A DNA stretch of 63,947 nucleotides, counting the filler, from an uncultured bacterium (GTDB taxonomy: Bacteria > CAZSTA01): assembly GCA_964609495.1 (NCBI GenBank). It is 3 parts of 3 records of this genome, joined end to end, with 100 filler letters (N's around TTAATTAATTAA, not from the genome) between each part and the next. Parts side by side here need not be neighbours in the genome. Positions count along the whole stretch, not along the records: positions 1 to 28,350 come from CAZSTA010000024.1; positions 28,451 to 56,534 come from CAZSTA010000025.1; 1 more part is not named here. One strand, given 5' to 3'. This document shows, in pieces, positions 21,061 to 31,648 of this stretch. A model generated the notes under the pieces. The model did no database searches, was not told the origin of the DNA, and was given only the letters and a program-made list of their open reading frames with translations. The first letter of the stretch is position 1. Every line of letters begins with the position of its first letter. The position numbers were made by a program, and so were the translations under genes.

Positions 21061-21855
21061 TAAATATACCTTAACTTCCTCATCTATCCCGGCTCTTAAA
21101 ACTCTATCAGCCCGATCACAATTAACCGCGATCTCCAGATTACCAGAGCTGCCTATCAGGGCTACTGGCTCCCCTTTTGAAACCGATGAATATGAGGAGG
21201 AGATATTATATATTTTAATCCCTCTGATCTCTATTACTACTCTTTCAGATGAGTATAATGATAAAATCTCAGAGGAAATATTTGTGATTAGATTCCCGAA
21301 GCGATCGATATATACAATTCTCCCTATTATATCTCCGTTAGGAAGGATATGAGGAGAGGAAAGAGTAAATCTCTCTATATCTTCAAGTCTAGGACCGAAA
21401 TTATAAATGTTTATTCCTAATGATAGATGAGCCGCAACCGGGGCGAAGACATCCCTGCCATGAAAAGTATTGCTCACATCCTTTAGAAAATAGCTGGCAT
21501 TAGTTATCTCAACTACCTCCTCACACTCCTCTTCAGCGATGAAACTGAGGACTCCATTGTCTGGCGCGACGAAGAGATACTGAGGAGTCTTTAATATAAT
21601 CGCTCTCCGAGAACCTCCGACTCCTGGATCGACCACCACCAGATAGATCGTCCCTTCAGGAAAGTACTTATAAGAGCTGGAGAGAGCGAAGGAGGCTTGT
21701 TGTATGCTGTGAGCCGTTATATTATGGCATATATCCACAAGCTGAGCGGATGGATTGATATTGTATATGACTCCTTTCATAGTCCCTACATAAGCGTCCT
21801 CTAAGCCAAAATCGGTGAGGAGGGCTATAATAGGATTTCTTCCTTCTCTCATCAT
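21055..21855 (-). CDS. SAM hydroxide adenosyltransferase / chlorinase-fluorinase family (DUF62)
   Basis: LLTDFG, VVDPGVG, PDNG, TFHGRDVFAP, IDRFGN. Confidence 0.93.
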   Translation of the reverse strand: MMREGRNPIIALLTDFGLEDAYVGTMKGVIYNINPSAQLVDICHNITAHSIQQASFALSSSYKYFPEGTIYLVVVDPGVGGSRRAIILKTPQYLFVAPDNGVLSFIAEEECEEVVEITNASYFLKDVSNTFHGRDVFAPVAAHLSLGINIYNFGPRLEDIERFTLSSPHILPNGDIIGRIVYIDRFGNLITNISSEILSLYSSERVVIEIRGIKIYNISSSYSSVSKGEPVALIGSSGNLEIAVNCDRADRVLRAGIDEEVKVYLS

Positions 21856-21862
21856 AGACGTC

Positions 21863-22639
21863 TCAACTTGAGATTATGATCTCCTTATCTTGAATATCTA
21901 TAGTTTTTAGATCCAATCGGAAGGGAATTTCTCTGAGATCTAATAGAGGATTAACTAGACGGACTAAAGTATTAGCGATGAGGGAAGGAACTCTACTATC
22001 GTTAGCGAATATTTCATAATCGATCACCTGAATTCGTCCTTTATCATCTATTTCTAATCTCCCATTGATTGAAAGTTTTATCGCTATTCTCCCGGTTACA
22101 GGTATCATTCCGGAAAGATAAATTTTTCCTCCCCTCATCTCGACTTTTAAATCGCTGATATGTTTATTCTTGCTACGCAGAAGATCTTCTAAATTCCCCT
22201 GGGATATTCTCAGATACAACTTCACCTCGGCGATGCTTTTTGTCTTTATCTCTCCCTCATCCCATAGTTTTTCGGCATTCACTTTGAGATCAGCGAACTC
22301 GGCGATCATTTTGTCAGCTTTTAGTCCATATATATCGGTCTGCAATACCTTCTCAGGAAACGTCATTCCCTCTCCTAATAATTCACTAATATGGACGAAT
22401 GAGTAAGTCTGTTCAGCTTCTACCTTCACAAAGGAGAACTCTCCGAGCTTATCCTTCTTAGCTGTCGCTTCCACTTTAATATCTTGAGAACCCTCTAAGA
22501 TCTTATAAATACTGATCTCTAATTTCTTTTCCCATTGCTTGGGATCAGATATGCCCGAGGCATTCTCAAAAGCATATCCCGATCTGGCGAAGATCGAAAT
22601 CGAACCGATGATGAAAAGGATGAAGAACAACTTCTTCAT
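21863..22639 (-). CDS. Secreted DUF2993/LmeA-like protein
   Basis: Signal peptide; ISQGNLEDLL and VNPLLDLREIPF motifs. Confidence 0.55.
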   Translation of the reverse strand: MKKLFFILFIIGSISIFARSGYAFENASGISDPKQWEKKLEISIYKILEGSQDIKVEATAKKDKLGEFSFVKVEAEQTYSFVHISELLGEGMTFPEKVLQTDIYGLKADKMIAEFADLKVNAEKLWDEGEIKTKSIAEVKLYLRISQGNLEDLLRSKNKHISDLKVEMRGGKIYLSGMIPVTGRIAIKLSINGRLEIDDKGRIQVIDYEIFANDSRVPSLIANTLVRLVNPLLDLREIPFRLDLKTIDIQDKEIIISS

Positions 22640-22685
22640 TTTTCCTGCTCCTAATTAAAGATAAATCAAATATATGAAAATTCCT

Positions 22686-23555
22686 CTAAGTCCCAATGAC
22701 CGATTCGGTCGGCACATACCATCTCGAACTTCCTACCTTCATAACTTTACTTCCCAATGAACTTAATGGCAGAAGCATAGCGCTCTCTTGAGCGATACTC
22801 CTGAAGTTGAGCTTCTCATATAACCTGTTATCCCTCTCATTAACGACCGCTGATAGGATTACAACAGGATAATCGCTTGATATTCTGGAAAGTAGGAAAC
22901 CAAGCAACCTCGACCTATCGCTCTCAAAAGCGATGTCGGTGAGAATGGACATCCTCTCGATCCCTTCTCCAGTGATAATATCAGCCTCGCAGATCGTCGA
23001 AGTTCCCTCAATCCGTCCTCTCTCTTTGATATAATATACCCTAGCAGGAGAACAAGTAGGTCTATTTTCCTTCCTCCAATTCCAAAGTTCCTCATCTATC
23101 ACTGGGTATCCATCGAAATCGCTATAGTAGCGATTAATAAGAGCTAATAGCTCGCTTTTATCATTACCCCTGAACTCTATCACTTTATCAGACCGCTCCT
23201 CGGTACTGATACCAACTCCTTCTCTAACATAGTAATTCACCCTCAGATAGTCTTGATATCCCAAACTACTGTATATCCGAAAGGGGATCTTACCAGGAGT
23301 GGTATAGAGCAAACTTATGTCAACCTTTTCTCTATTCATAAAGGATATAGCCTCTCGCATCAAGCGTTTAGCCAATCCCTGCCGCCGATAAGCTGGGTGA
23401 GTCATAACGGAATCTATAATACCGAATTTCAGCAGTTGTCCTCCTAATCGTGCTTCTTGAATAGTCACGAATAGATTAGCAACTACCTTATCATCATGGA
23501 TCGCCACAAAGCAGGAGTGAGGAGAGATACCCGGTCGCCTTAAGTACCACCTCAT
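22686..23555 (-). CDS. GNAT family N-acetyltransferase (frame extends upstream to 23696)
   Basis: VMTHPAYRRQGLA acetyl-CoA motif, YSSLGY; second degenerate GNAT half. Confidence 0.85.
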   Translation of the reverse strand: MRWYLRRPGISPHSCFVAIHDDKVVANLFVTIQEARLGGQLLKFGIIDSVMTHPAYRRQGLAKRLMREAISFMNREKVDISLLYTTPGKIPFRIYSSLGYQDYLRVNYYVREGVGISTEERSDKVIEFRGNDKSELLALINRYYSDFDGYPVIDEELWNWRKENRPTCSPARVYYIKERGRIEGTSTICEADIITGEGIERMSILTDIAFESDRSRLLGFLLSRISSDYPVVILSAVVNERDNRLYEKLNFRSIAQESAMLLPLSSLGSKVMKVGSSRWYVPTESVIGT

Positions 23556-23665
23556 ATAACCACCAGAGACAGAAAGAACCCCCTCATATTCGGAGAAAGC
23601 TAGGTTAAAAAGTTCTCCTATCTCTGGAGATACATCCCTCTTTATATCGGCTTGACTGCATATAT

Positions 23666-24394
23666 CTAGGTCGTTAATATCTTGCTTAAAAATGATTTAG
23701 TTCTCTCCCCCCGAGGATTATAGAATATCTCCTCAGGTACACCCTCCTCGACTATCCTTCCCTCATCTATAAAGATCACTCGATCAGCAACCTCTTTAGC
23801 GAAGCCCATCTCATGGGTAACCACAACCATAGTCATTCCCTCTCTAGCCAGGTCCATCATAACATCTAAAACCTCCTTGATCATCTCTGGATCCAGCGCT
23901 GAGGTAGGCTCATCGAACATCATAACCTTGGGCTTCATGGCTAAGGCGCGGGCGATAGCTACTCTCTGCTGTTGACCACCTGATAACTGACCAGGGTAGG
24001 AATCAGCTTTCTCTGGGATTCCTACCTTCTCCAGCAGTTCTCTCCCGATCTTTTTCGCCTCGCTCCTGCCCCACTTTCTAACTATGATCGGAGCTAAGGT
24101 TACATTATGCAAAGCGGTCATATGAGGGAAGAGGTTGAAACTTTGGAAAACCATCCCCACTTCCTCTCGAACCTTGTTGATATTAGTTTGAGAATCGTTG
24201 AGCAAGATCCCATCCACGTGTATGGTTCCGCTATTGATCGGCTCCAGGTGGTTGATGCACCTCAGCAGGGTGGACTTCCCCGAACCGCTGGCTCCTATAA
24301 TCACCACTACCTCTCCCACCTCTATATGATTAGTCATGTCCTTCAGGACATGAAGATCTCCAAACCATTTGTTGACATTATGAAGTTCAATCAC
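23666..24394 (-). CDS. Polar amino acid ABC transporter ATP-binding protein (GlnQ family)
   Basis: [35 protein letters not shown]. Confidence 0.95.
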   Translation of the reverse strand: MIELHNVNKWFGDLHVLKDMTNHIEVGEVVVIIGASGSGKSTLLRCINHLEPINSGTIHVDGILLNDSQTNINKVREEVGMVFQSFNLFPHMTALHNVTLAPIIVRKWGRSEAKKIGRELLEKVGIPEKADSYPGQLSGGQQQRVAIARALAMKPKVMMFDEPTSALDPEMIKEVLDVMMDLAREGMTMVVVTHEMGFAKEVADRVIFIDEGRIVEEGVPEEIFYNPRGERTKSFLSKILTT

Positions 24395-25139
24395 TGGTAG
24401 CCATCCTCCTCTCTAAATATCTAACTACTAGAGATAAGGACAGAGTCATAACTAGGTAGAAACCAGCTACGGTGAACCAAATCTCGAAGCTACGAAAGCT
24501 TCTGGTGACGATCTGTCTCCCCGTAAGAACTAGATCGGGAAGGGCAATTACCGATACCAATGAGGAATCCTTAATCAGAGAGATGAACTGCCCGGCTAAG
24601 GGAGGAAGAATCCTCTTGAAGGCTTGAGGAAGAATTATATATCTCATCGCTTGGATATAAGTCATTCCCAAGGATCTGGCCGCTTCCATCTGGCCCCGAT
24701 GTATTGATTGAATCCCAGCGCGAACGATCTCCGCTACATAGGCTCCGGAAAAGAGAGAGAGGGCTACTACTCCAGAAACAAAGCTCGATAGTTGAAGGAG
24801 CGTTCCAACGAAATAATACATAATGAGAATTTGAACTAATAAGGGAGTCCCGCGGATCAACTCGACATAGATAGTGGTTATCCCATTAAAGATGATATTC
24901 TTAGAGATGCGCCCGATTCCTGCTATCAGACCTATAATTATCCCAAAAAATATCGAGAATATAGATATCCTTAGGGTGAGCAACATAGCTTTAAATAGAA
25001 GGTCCAGGTTCGGAGGCACATCCTCCCAGTGCCATCTATATCCAATCCTCGCTAACATAACATAGAGAAAAACACCGACTGATAGAGCTAGAATTACATA
25101 TATAGAAACAGTTTTTAGATTCCACTTTTCCCAAGACAC
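24387..25139 (-). CDS. Polar amino acid ABC transporter permease
   Basis: [32 protein letters not shown]. Confidence 0.95.
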   Translation of the reverse strand: MSWEKWNLKTVSIYVILALSVGVFLYVMLARIGYRWHWEDVPPNLDLLFKAMLLTLRISIFSIFFGIIIGLIAGIGRISKNIIFNGITTIYVELIRGTPLLVQILIMYYFVGTLLQLSSFVSGVVALSLFSGAYVAEIVRAGIQSIHRGQMEAARSLGMTYIQAMRYIILPQAFKRILPPLAGQFISLIKDSSLVSVIALPDLVLTGRQIVTRSFRSFEIWFTVAGFYLVMTLSLSLVVRYLERRMATSD

Positions 25140-25171
25140 GCTTATTCCTCCAAATTAGGGGATATATTAAG

Positions 25172-25199
25172 AGCAGGTCAGAAGCGACTCTGACCTGCT
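25172..25199 (-). terminator. Hairpin between binding-protein and permease genes
   Basis: AGCAGGTCAGA / TCTGACCTGCT 11-bp stem. Confidence 0.5.
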
Positions 25200-25211
25200 G
25201 TAAATTACCTA

Positions 25212-26048
25212 CTACTCTTTTGGGACTATCTCTAGCCAAGGCATATCTATGAAATACTTCTGGAATAGCCTATCATAAGTTCCATCTACCTTTACCTCGT
25301 CGATGAATAGATCTAACCAGCGTAGGAAATCTGGATCTCCCTTGCGGATCGCGAAGCCAAAAGACTCATAAGTGAAGGGCTCTAGAATAGCAAAGGTTGT
25401 ATCCGAGTGCTCCTTGCTATATATAGCTACGAAAGGTTGATCATAGACCATCGCATCCGCTCTTCCAAAAGCTACCTCAGCGCCTGCCTCAGCCTCAGTG
25501 GTGAATCTCTTTATCTCGGCATTTGGGAGAAATTTAGTAGCCGCTAAATCTCCAGTTGTTCCCAACATAACAGATATTACCTTGCCCTTTACATTTAGAT
25601 CTTCATAGCTCTCAACATCGGCAGACCTTTCCTTATTTAATAGAAGAGATTGGCCAGTAATAAAGTAGGGCTTGGAGAAGTTCACCGCTTTGGCTCTCTC
25701 CAGAGTTCTAGTCATCCCTGACATAATTAGATCGAATTTATCGGTCACCAAAGCGGGGATGATTCCATCCCAATCGACATTGACTATCTCCAATTTGACT
25801 CCCAGCCTCTCCGCCATATATTGAGCCAACTCTATATCGAAGCCGATAAAATTCCCGTCTTTATCTAGCATCTCAAAGGGCACATAACCTGCGTTTAACC
25901 CTACCCTTATTTTCCCATCCTTTAGGATCTTCTCCAAGGTTGAGGATTTCGCTAGCTCTGGATCATCCGCTAAAGCGCTTCCTACCAGGCCAAAGATTAA
26001 GCCTAAAGTTAGGATCCCTAATATCAATCTCCTAAAAAGTCTCGTCAT
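25212..26048 (-). CDS. Amino acid ABC transporter substrate-binding protein (family 3)
   Basis: Signal peptide, YVPFE, GFDIE, WDGIIPAL, FSKPY. Confidence 0.95.
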   Translation of the reverse strand: MTRLFRRLILGILTLGLIFGLVGSALADDPELAKSSTLEKILKDGKIRVGLNAGYVPFEMLDKDGNFIGFDIELAQYMAERLGVKLEIVNVDWDGIIPALVTDKFDLIMSGMTRTLERAKAVNFSKPYFITGQSLLLNKERSADVESYEDLNVKGKVISVMLGTTGDLAATKFLPNAEIKRFTTEAEAGAEVAFGRADAMVYDQPFVAIYSKEHSDTTFAILEPFTYESFGFAIRKGDPDFLRWLDLFIDEVKVDGTYDRLFQKYFIDMPWLEIVPKE

Positions 26049-26183
26049 CTTTAGTTTTATCCTCCTTTATAAATTTTGATGAGAATCCCAAGCGTCAACT
26101 AATAAAGAAATATATCACCTCCTAATATCAAATAATTAACGGGGAGAAGATAGTTCCTCACTTATCCTCTCAAAATCTCCACA

Positions 26184-26212
26184 ATTATACACTATTTATC
26201 TTACCCTGTCAA
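26184..26212 (-). promoter_or_regulatory. sigma70 promoter of the amino acid ABC operon
   Basis: TTGACA-17 bp-TATAAT on minus strand, overlapping the comF stop. Confidence 0.7.
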
Positions 26213-26970
26213 GTGGAAAATGGACGAGCCAAAGTGTATATGTTGACCTCAAGAGCTCCTGCCTCCAGTAGCGCAAAAGCGCACTCACTAGTCGTATGAC
26301 CAGAGGTGAAAACGTCATCTACAAGAAGAATTGAAGCTCCATTTACTTCTTGCCCTTTACCTTTCGCTACTCTAAAAGCTCCCTTCACGTTGATTCTTCT
26401 CTCTTCCGCTCCCAAGTCGATCTGGGATTTTGTATTTCTGATTCTCTGGAGGATATCACTCCTAACCTTTATGTCAACTTTCTGCCCCAATTCCTCGGCT
26501 AGTAATTCTGCCTGATTGAATCCTCTCTCCCTATATCTAGTTTTGTGGAGGGGAACAGGAACGATGAAATCGGCATCTATATAACCCCTCTCTTGAGGAA
26601 AGCTATCGGCCATAAACTTTCCTAAATCGGAACTAAGACCAACTTTACCGTTATATTTCAAAAGATGGATACAATCTTTTAAAACGCCTTCATATACTCC
26701 TGCACTGCGAGATCTTTCATAGCGAGAATCCCTATTATTTTGACATTGGGAACATATATTATCAAGTGAATCAGGAGTTAAGGGGCCTCCACATATTTTG
26801 CAGAAAGGGGTAGCTATCCTCTTAAATGAGGAAAAGCAATCAGAACAGAGGAGTTTATCTGCCTTGTATTCTAGGAATCTCCTTCTACAGATTAGACAAA
26901 CAGGAGGAAAAATAAGATCGAGTATATCGCTTATGAAACTGGATAATCCGCTTTTGATAACTTCTATCAT
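26209..26970 (-). CDS. comF: ComF family protein (double zinc ribbon + phosphoribosyltransferase)
   Basis: Four CxxC pairs, VPVPLH, RGFNQ, LVDDVFTSG. Confidence 0.93.
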   Translation of the reverse strand: MIEVIKSGLSSFISDILDLIFPPVCLICRRRFLEYKADKLLCSDCFSSFKRIATPFCKICGGPLTPDSLDNICSQCQNNRDSRYERSRSAGVYEGVLKDCIHLLKYNGKVGLSSDLGKFMADSFPQERGYIDADFIVPVPLHKTRYRERGFNQAELLAEELGQKVDIKVRSDILQRIRNTKSQIDLGAEERRINVKGAFRVAKGKGQEVNGASILLVDDVFTSGHTTSECAFALLEAGALEVNIYTLARPFST

Positions 26971-26995
26971 AGTCTTTCCTCTAAAGATAGTTAAA

Positions 26996-27024
26996 TGGCT
27001 GTCAGAAGTAAGAACTGACAGCCA
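26996..27024 (-). terminator. Hairpin downstream of metK
   Basis: TGGCTGTCAG / CTGACAGCCA 10-bp stem. Confidence 0.55.
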
Positions 27025-27052
27025 CTTAGTATTAACCTCTATCTAGTTGATG

Positions 27053-28276
27053 CTACTCTTCATCATCATCTTTCCCACTGGGTACTAATCCTATCTCTTC
27101 GCGCAATAATTCGACTTTATCGGTGCTTTCCCAGGGAAGATCTAAATCAGGACGCCCGAAATGGCCGTAAGCCGCGACCTGCTTGTAGATAGGACGACGG
27201 AGATTCATCTCATCGATTATAGCCGCAGGACGTAGGTCGAAATAGGAGTGAATAAGATCGAGGATCCTCTCATCAGAGATATTGCCAGTTCCGAAGGTGT
27301 CTGCCGTTATCGACACTGGGTGGGCAACTCCAATAGCATAAGATATTTGAATAAGGCATTTGTCCGCTAGTCCTGCCGCTACTATATTCTTGGCTACATA
27401 TCTAGCGGCATAGTTGCCCGATCTGTCAACCTTCGTCGGGTCCTTTCCAGAGAAGCATCCTCCTCCGTGAGGAGCGCTGCCCCCATAGGTATCGACTATG
27501 ATCTTCCTCCCCGTCAGACCAGTATCCCCCATTGGGCCACCGATTACGAAGCGACCAGTGGGGTTAATTAGGATTTTGGTTTTGTTATCCAGCATCCCCT
27601 CGGGAATAATAGGAGTTATCACCTTCTTGATAATGTCCTCTTTTATCATATCTCGGTGTATCCCCGCTTTATGTTGGGCTACGACGACTATCGTATCAGC
27701 ACGAATAGGAGTATCATCTTCATACTCGATGGTCACTTGGGTCTTGCCATCGGGTCTGAGATATGGAATATCAGCCTCCTTCCTGACCTCGGCTAATCTC
27801 TTCGCTAATTTGTGAGCTAAAGAGATAGGGAGAGGCATAAGCTCAGGAGTCTCCCGACAAGCATAGCCGAACATCATCCCCTGATCTCCTGCTCCAATCC
27901 TATCGTAGCCATTCTCATCTGGTTTTCCTTGCCGGACCTCCAAGGCTTTATCTACCCCTTGAGCGATATCGGAGGATTGTTCATCTATGGAGATAAGCAC
28001 CGCACAAGTATCGCCATCGAAACCGTATTTAGCTCTTGTATAACCGATCTCCTTGACAGTTTTTCTGACGGTCGCCGGGATATCAATGTAACAAGAGGTG
28101 GTGATCTGTCCAGCCACCTGGACAAACCCAGTCGCTACTAAGGTCTCACAAGCTATCCTTCCAAAAGGATCATGTTCGTAGATAGCATCCAGGATAGCAT
28201 CTGATATTTGATCAGCCATCTTATCTGGATGTCCTTCGGTAACCGATTCAGAAGTGAATAGATGTCTCTTTACCAT
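27053..28276 (-). CDS. metK: S-adenosylmethionine synthetase
   Basis: [28 protein letters not shown]; start at MVKRHLF after AGGAGG. Confidence 0.99.
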   Translation of the reverse strand: MVKRHLFTSESVTEGHPDKMADQISDAILDAIYEHDPFGRIACETLVATGFVQVAGQITTSCYIDIPATVRKTVKEIGYTRAKYGFDGDTCAVLISIDEQSSDIAQGVDKALEVRQGKPDENGYDRIGAGDQGMMFGYACRETPELMPLPISLAHKLAKRLAEVRKEADIPYLRPDGKTQVTIEYEDDTPIRADTIVVVAQHKAGIHRDMIKEDIIKKVITPIIPEGMLDNKTKILINPTGRFVIGGPMGDTGLTGRKIIVDTYGGSAPHGGGCFSGKDPTKVDRSGNYAARYVAKNIVAAGLADKCLIQISYAIGVAHPVSITADTFGTGNISDERILDLIHSYFDLRPAAIIDEMNLRRPIYKQVAAYGHFGRPDLDLPWESTDKVELLREEIGLVPSGKDDDEE

Positions 28277-28350
28277 AATTCTTTCTTTTAATAACCTCCT
28301 TTTGATGAAGTCGGGAAAGAGAAAACTTAATTTTCCACTTTCCATTTTCG

Positions 28351-28450
28351 NNNNNNNNNNNNNNNNNNNNNNNNNNNNNNNNNNNNNNNNNNNNTTAATT
28401 AATTAANNNNNNNNNNNNNNNNNNNNNNNNNNNNNNNNNNNNNNNNNNNN
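28351..28450. other. Artificial contig linker
   Basis: N44-TTAATTAATTAA-N44 (stops in all six frames). Confidence 0.97.
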
Positions 28451-28514
28451 CTTCCCTTTATTATATCACTTCTGACTAAAATAACAACTCCCTTCCTTGA
28501 ACTTACTCAAACAT

Positions 28515-29498
28515 TCAAGATAGCTCCTCAAGCGATACAACTCTCCCCTCCGCCGCTGATATCCTAGCCGCAAGCAATGATTTTATGATCTCCTCCATCT
28601 CCTCCAGAGGGATCAATCGCTTTCTGGTCCCGATCATCTTCAAGAATTGAATAACAGTATTGGTATAGCCGTATTCTACCATACTATCTATATCTCCTAT
28701 TCCCCCTCCTCCGAACTCCTGCCAAGCATCACTTGGCGATTTCGCCTCGATAGATCTTTCGCTTCCGTGAACGGTGAGATAATAGCCATGCGAGGGGATA
28801 CCGCAGAGGACTTGAACTACTCCTAAAGCGCCATTCTTGAATTTCACGTTGATGATAGCTGTATCCTCCGATTGGCTGGTGGTATGATGTCTCCTAGCCG
28901 ATATACAATGGACCGATTCTACACCAGGTCCTAAGGCCATATATAGTGGCTCCATACCATGGATTCCCATATTGATGATCGAGCCACCGCCCATCTCGAT
29001 ATTATCCTGCCAAGTGCTAAAGCCTTGTAGATAGCCAGTGATTCCGTGAGCTACAATCGCCGAGGCGGATAGCAATATCCCCAGCTCTCCAGCTTCGATT
29101 CGCTTGAAGATCCCGCGAAAACTGGGAGCATAACGCAATACCGAGTTGGACATCAGAAGAGCATCCTTCCTTCTTGCTAAATCAAGAATTGCTTTGAGAT
29201 CTTCCAACTTCGTAGCCATAGGTTTATCTATGAAGGTGGGGATACCAGCAGAAAGGAAAGGTTCAGCATAGCGACGATGATCTCCGCTCTTGGTATCGAT
29301 GAAGACTCCATTTACTCCCTTCGATATCATATTCTCAGGTTCTTCTACGATCTCCCCTCCGAACTCCCTCGCAAAATCCTCCGTCTTCTCATTATCATAA
29401 TCCCAAACATAATTCGGGTTGATATCATACTCAGCTAAGACCTTGGCGAAGGTATAAGGATGAGACAGAGATAGCCCCACCATCCCTATTTTCATCAT
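28515..29498 (-). CDS. Gfo/Idh/MocA family oxidoreductase
   Basis: IGMVGL, FIDKPMA, GGGSIINMGIH. Confidence 0.85.
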   Translation of the reverse strand: MMKIGMVGLSLSHPYTFAKVLAEYDINPNYVWDYDNEKTEDFAREFGGEIVEEPENMISKGVNGVFIDTKSGDHRRYAEPFLSAGIPTFIDKPMATKLEDLKAILDLARRKDALLMSNSVLRYAPSFRGIFKRIEAGELGILLSASAIVAHGITGYLQGFSTWQDNIEMGGGSIINMGIHGMEPLYMALGPGVESVHCISARRHHTTSQSEDTAIINVKFKNGALGVVQVLCGIPSHGYYLTVHGSERSIEAKSPSDAWQEFGGGGIGDIDSMVEYGYTNTVIQFLKMIGTRKRLIPLEEMEEIIKSLLAARISAAEGRVVSLEELS

Positions 29499-30511
29499 CT
29501 AGTTTTCGCCTCCCTGATATATTCGCTCGGTTTCACCTCTTGAGGTTCACCAGTTTTGATCGCTTCTATCGCTTTAAGACAACATACGGTAGCTCTAGCT
29601 CCATTTATCTCGTTTATCGGAGTCTTCCTTCCCTCTCTTATAGCCTGGGCTAATTCTCTTAACTCTTGCAGATGTCCTTTATCCACGCTGGGCAGATTGA
29701 TCTCCTGCTTCTCTCCAAAGCCATAAGCCTCGAAATGTTGGTAATTGTCGATCATAACTACCGCCCGATTGCAGTATATCTCCACCCGCTCTTTATGATA
29801 ATCTCGATGTCCCATATCCCCATTAGTTAAAACAAATATCGAGCCATCGGCAAGCTTCACCGTTATTATCATATTATCCTGTGTATCAGGGAAATCGGGA
29901 TGAGTAAAGCATCCTCCCTCGGCATAAATTCTGACAGGTTCTGCATCGGTGAGCCAACAGAAGTAATCGAAGAAGTGGCAAGCTTCTGCGAATATGCGAC
30001 CACCTCCGATCTTGGGATCCATCGTCCAAGAGTTGCCCCAAATTTCATCCACCGCTCGATAGTTGACCAGGAAGGGGGGCTCTTTTGTGCTTAATAGTTC
30101 CTTCGCCTTCAAGCTAAGAGGTGCGAATCTTCGATTGAATCCGACAATGAGGGTGACCTTATGCTTGGCGAGAGCATCCATAACCCTATCGTTCTCCTCA
30201 AGGGACAGAGTCATCGGCTTCTCAACTAGGATATTCTTATCAGCCTCAGCCGCCTCGACTACCATTCGACCATGTTCGTTGTGATAGGTAGTTATTACAA
30301 CTAGATCGACCTCGTCATCATCCAACACCTTTCGATAATCAGTGGTATAATATTTAGTCCTATAAAGATCGTTCACCTTCCTCGCGCGCTCTTCGCTAAT
30401 ATCCACTGCAGCATATATTTCATATTCATCGGAGAGCTTCTGCAAATTGGGAAGGTGCATCCCACAGGCGAAACTTCCACAGCCAACTACGGCGACCTTG
30501 ATCTTATCCAT
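29495..30511 (-). CDS. Gfo/Idh/MocA family oxidoreductase
   Basis: VVGCG, VEKPM, VGFNRRFAP, GGGRIFAEACH. Confidence 0.9.
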   Translation of the reverse strand: MDKIKVAVVGCGSFACGMHLPNLQKLSDEYEIYAAVDISEERARKVNDLYRTKYYTTDYRKVLDDDEVDLVVITTYHNEHGRMVVEAAEADKNILVEKPMTLSLEENDRVMDALAKHKVTLIVGFNRRFAPLSLKAKELLSTKEPPFLVNYRAVDEIWGNSWTMDPKIGGGRIFAEACHFFDYFCWLTDAEPVRIYAEGGCFTHPDFPDTQDNMIITVKLADGSIFVLTNGDMGHRDYHKERVEIYCNRAVVMIDNYQHFEAYGFGEKQEINLPSVDKGHLQELRELAQAIREGRKTPINEINGARATVCCLKAIEAIKTGEPQEVKPSEYIREAKTR

Positions 30512-30532
30512 TTGATATAACCTCCTTATAAG

Positions 30533-31648
30533 TTAAACTCGATATTTTGCTATCTTCTCCTCATCTAACTCCACTCCTATACCAGACCCTTGAGGAAGCT
30601 TGATAACCGTCTCTTCTCGTAGAGCGCCCCTCACGATATCATCCGCTAAGAATTGAGGACCGTTAAGATCGACGGGGGTATCTATTCCGAAAGACGCGTA
30701 GAGATGGGCACTGGCGGTTAGACCGAGTCTGGTCTCGGTGAGTCCACTTCCCAAAAGTGCTATCCCAGCACTTCGAGCGATCTCTATACACTGGCGAGCG
30801 TGCCACAATCCTCCCATCTTGGAGACCTTTATAACTAATGCCCCTATAGCCTCCAGCTTAATCAACTGGATCAGATCTGAAGGTGAGAATACCGTCTCAT
30901 CAACCGCTATGGGTAGATCGAGGGAACGAACTAATCTGGCGAGGCCGGTTATATCGTTCGCTGGGATAGGTTGCTCCAGAACATCCACCCCGATATCCTT
31001 CATCCTCTCAGCTTGCCTGAGCGTATCTTCCACCGTCCAAGCCTGATTCGCATCAGCCCAAAGATAGCTATCGCCAACAACCTCCTTAACCGCCCTTAGA
31101 ATATCTAAATCCCGCTGAGGATAGAGCCCGATCTTGACCTTGAAACCCCGATAACCTCGCTCCTTAGCCTCAAGTCCGCTTCTCTGCGCCTCCTCGGGAG
31201 TTGACTTGCTGATCATATAGGATAGCTCGATCTCATCCAGCCTCTTAGAGCCAAAATAATCACGAAGGGATATCCCTAACTCCTTGCATACTAAGTCGTG
31301 AAGAGCCATATCCACTCCCGACTTAGCGATAGGCTGACCGATATTGAACCCCGGAGCGATCTCCCGATTCATAACTTCGTGGATATCATCTATATCGAAG
31401 GCGTCCCTTCCCTTAAGGGCTGGAGATAGATAATTGCTAATAGTAGTGATAACGCTCTCCGCAGTCTCATAGGACCAACGGTGAGATGGCCTAGCCTCTC
31501 CCCATCCCTCACCTCCAGTATCGGAGGTGATCTTGATGAGGATATGAGGAGCACCAGCCTGAGGGGATCCCACCGATCCCCTCGATATCTTGAAATCGGT
31601 CTTAAAGGGCAAGTTGAGCCTGATAACCTCTATATTCTCGATCTTCAC
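30533..31648 (-). CDS. Mandelate racemase / muconate lactonizing enzyme (enolase superfamily)
   Basis: GWGE, DMALHDL, FKVKIG, DANQ, EQP, VDE, IKVSK. Confidence 0.9.
   Translation of the reverse strand: MKIENIEVIRLNLPFKTDFKISRGSVGSPQAGAPHILIKITSDTGGEGWGEARPSHRWSYETAESVITTISNYLSPALKGRDAFDIDDIHEVMNREIAPGFNIGQPIAKSGVDMALHDLVCKELGISLRDYFGSKRLDEIELSYMISKSTPEEAQRSGLEAKERGYRGFKVKIGLYPQRDLDILRAVKEVVGDSYLWADANQAWTVEDTLRQAERMKDIGVDVLEQPIPANDITGLARLVRSLDLPIAVDETVFSPSDLIQLIKLEAIGALVIKVSKMGGLWHARQCIEIARSAGIALLGSGLTETRLGLTASAHLYASFGIDTPVDLNGPQFLADDIVRGALREETVIKLPQGSGIGVELDEEKIAKYRV

Noticed and set aside
28277..28350. Possible SAM riboswitch upstream of metK, and the longer metK start at 28345
   Set aside because: Only about 70 nt remain before the contig end with no S-box core visible; RBS and homology favour the start at 28276
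28351..28450. TTAATTAATTAA palindrome inside N runs (also 56535-56634)
   Set aside because: Identical artificial six-frame-stop linker used to join contigs; not biological
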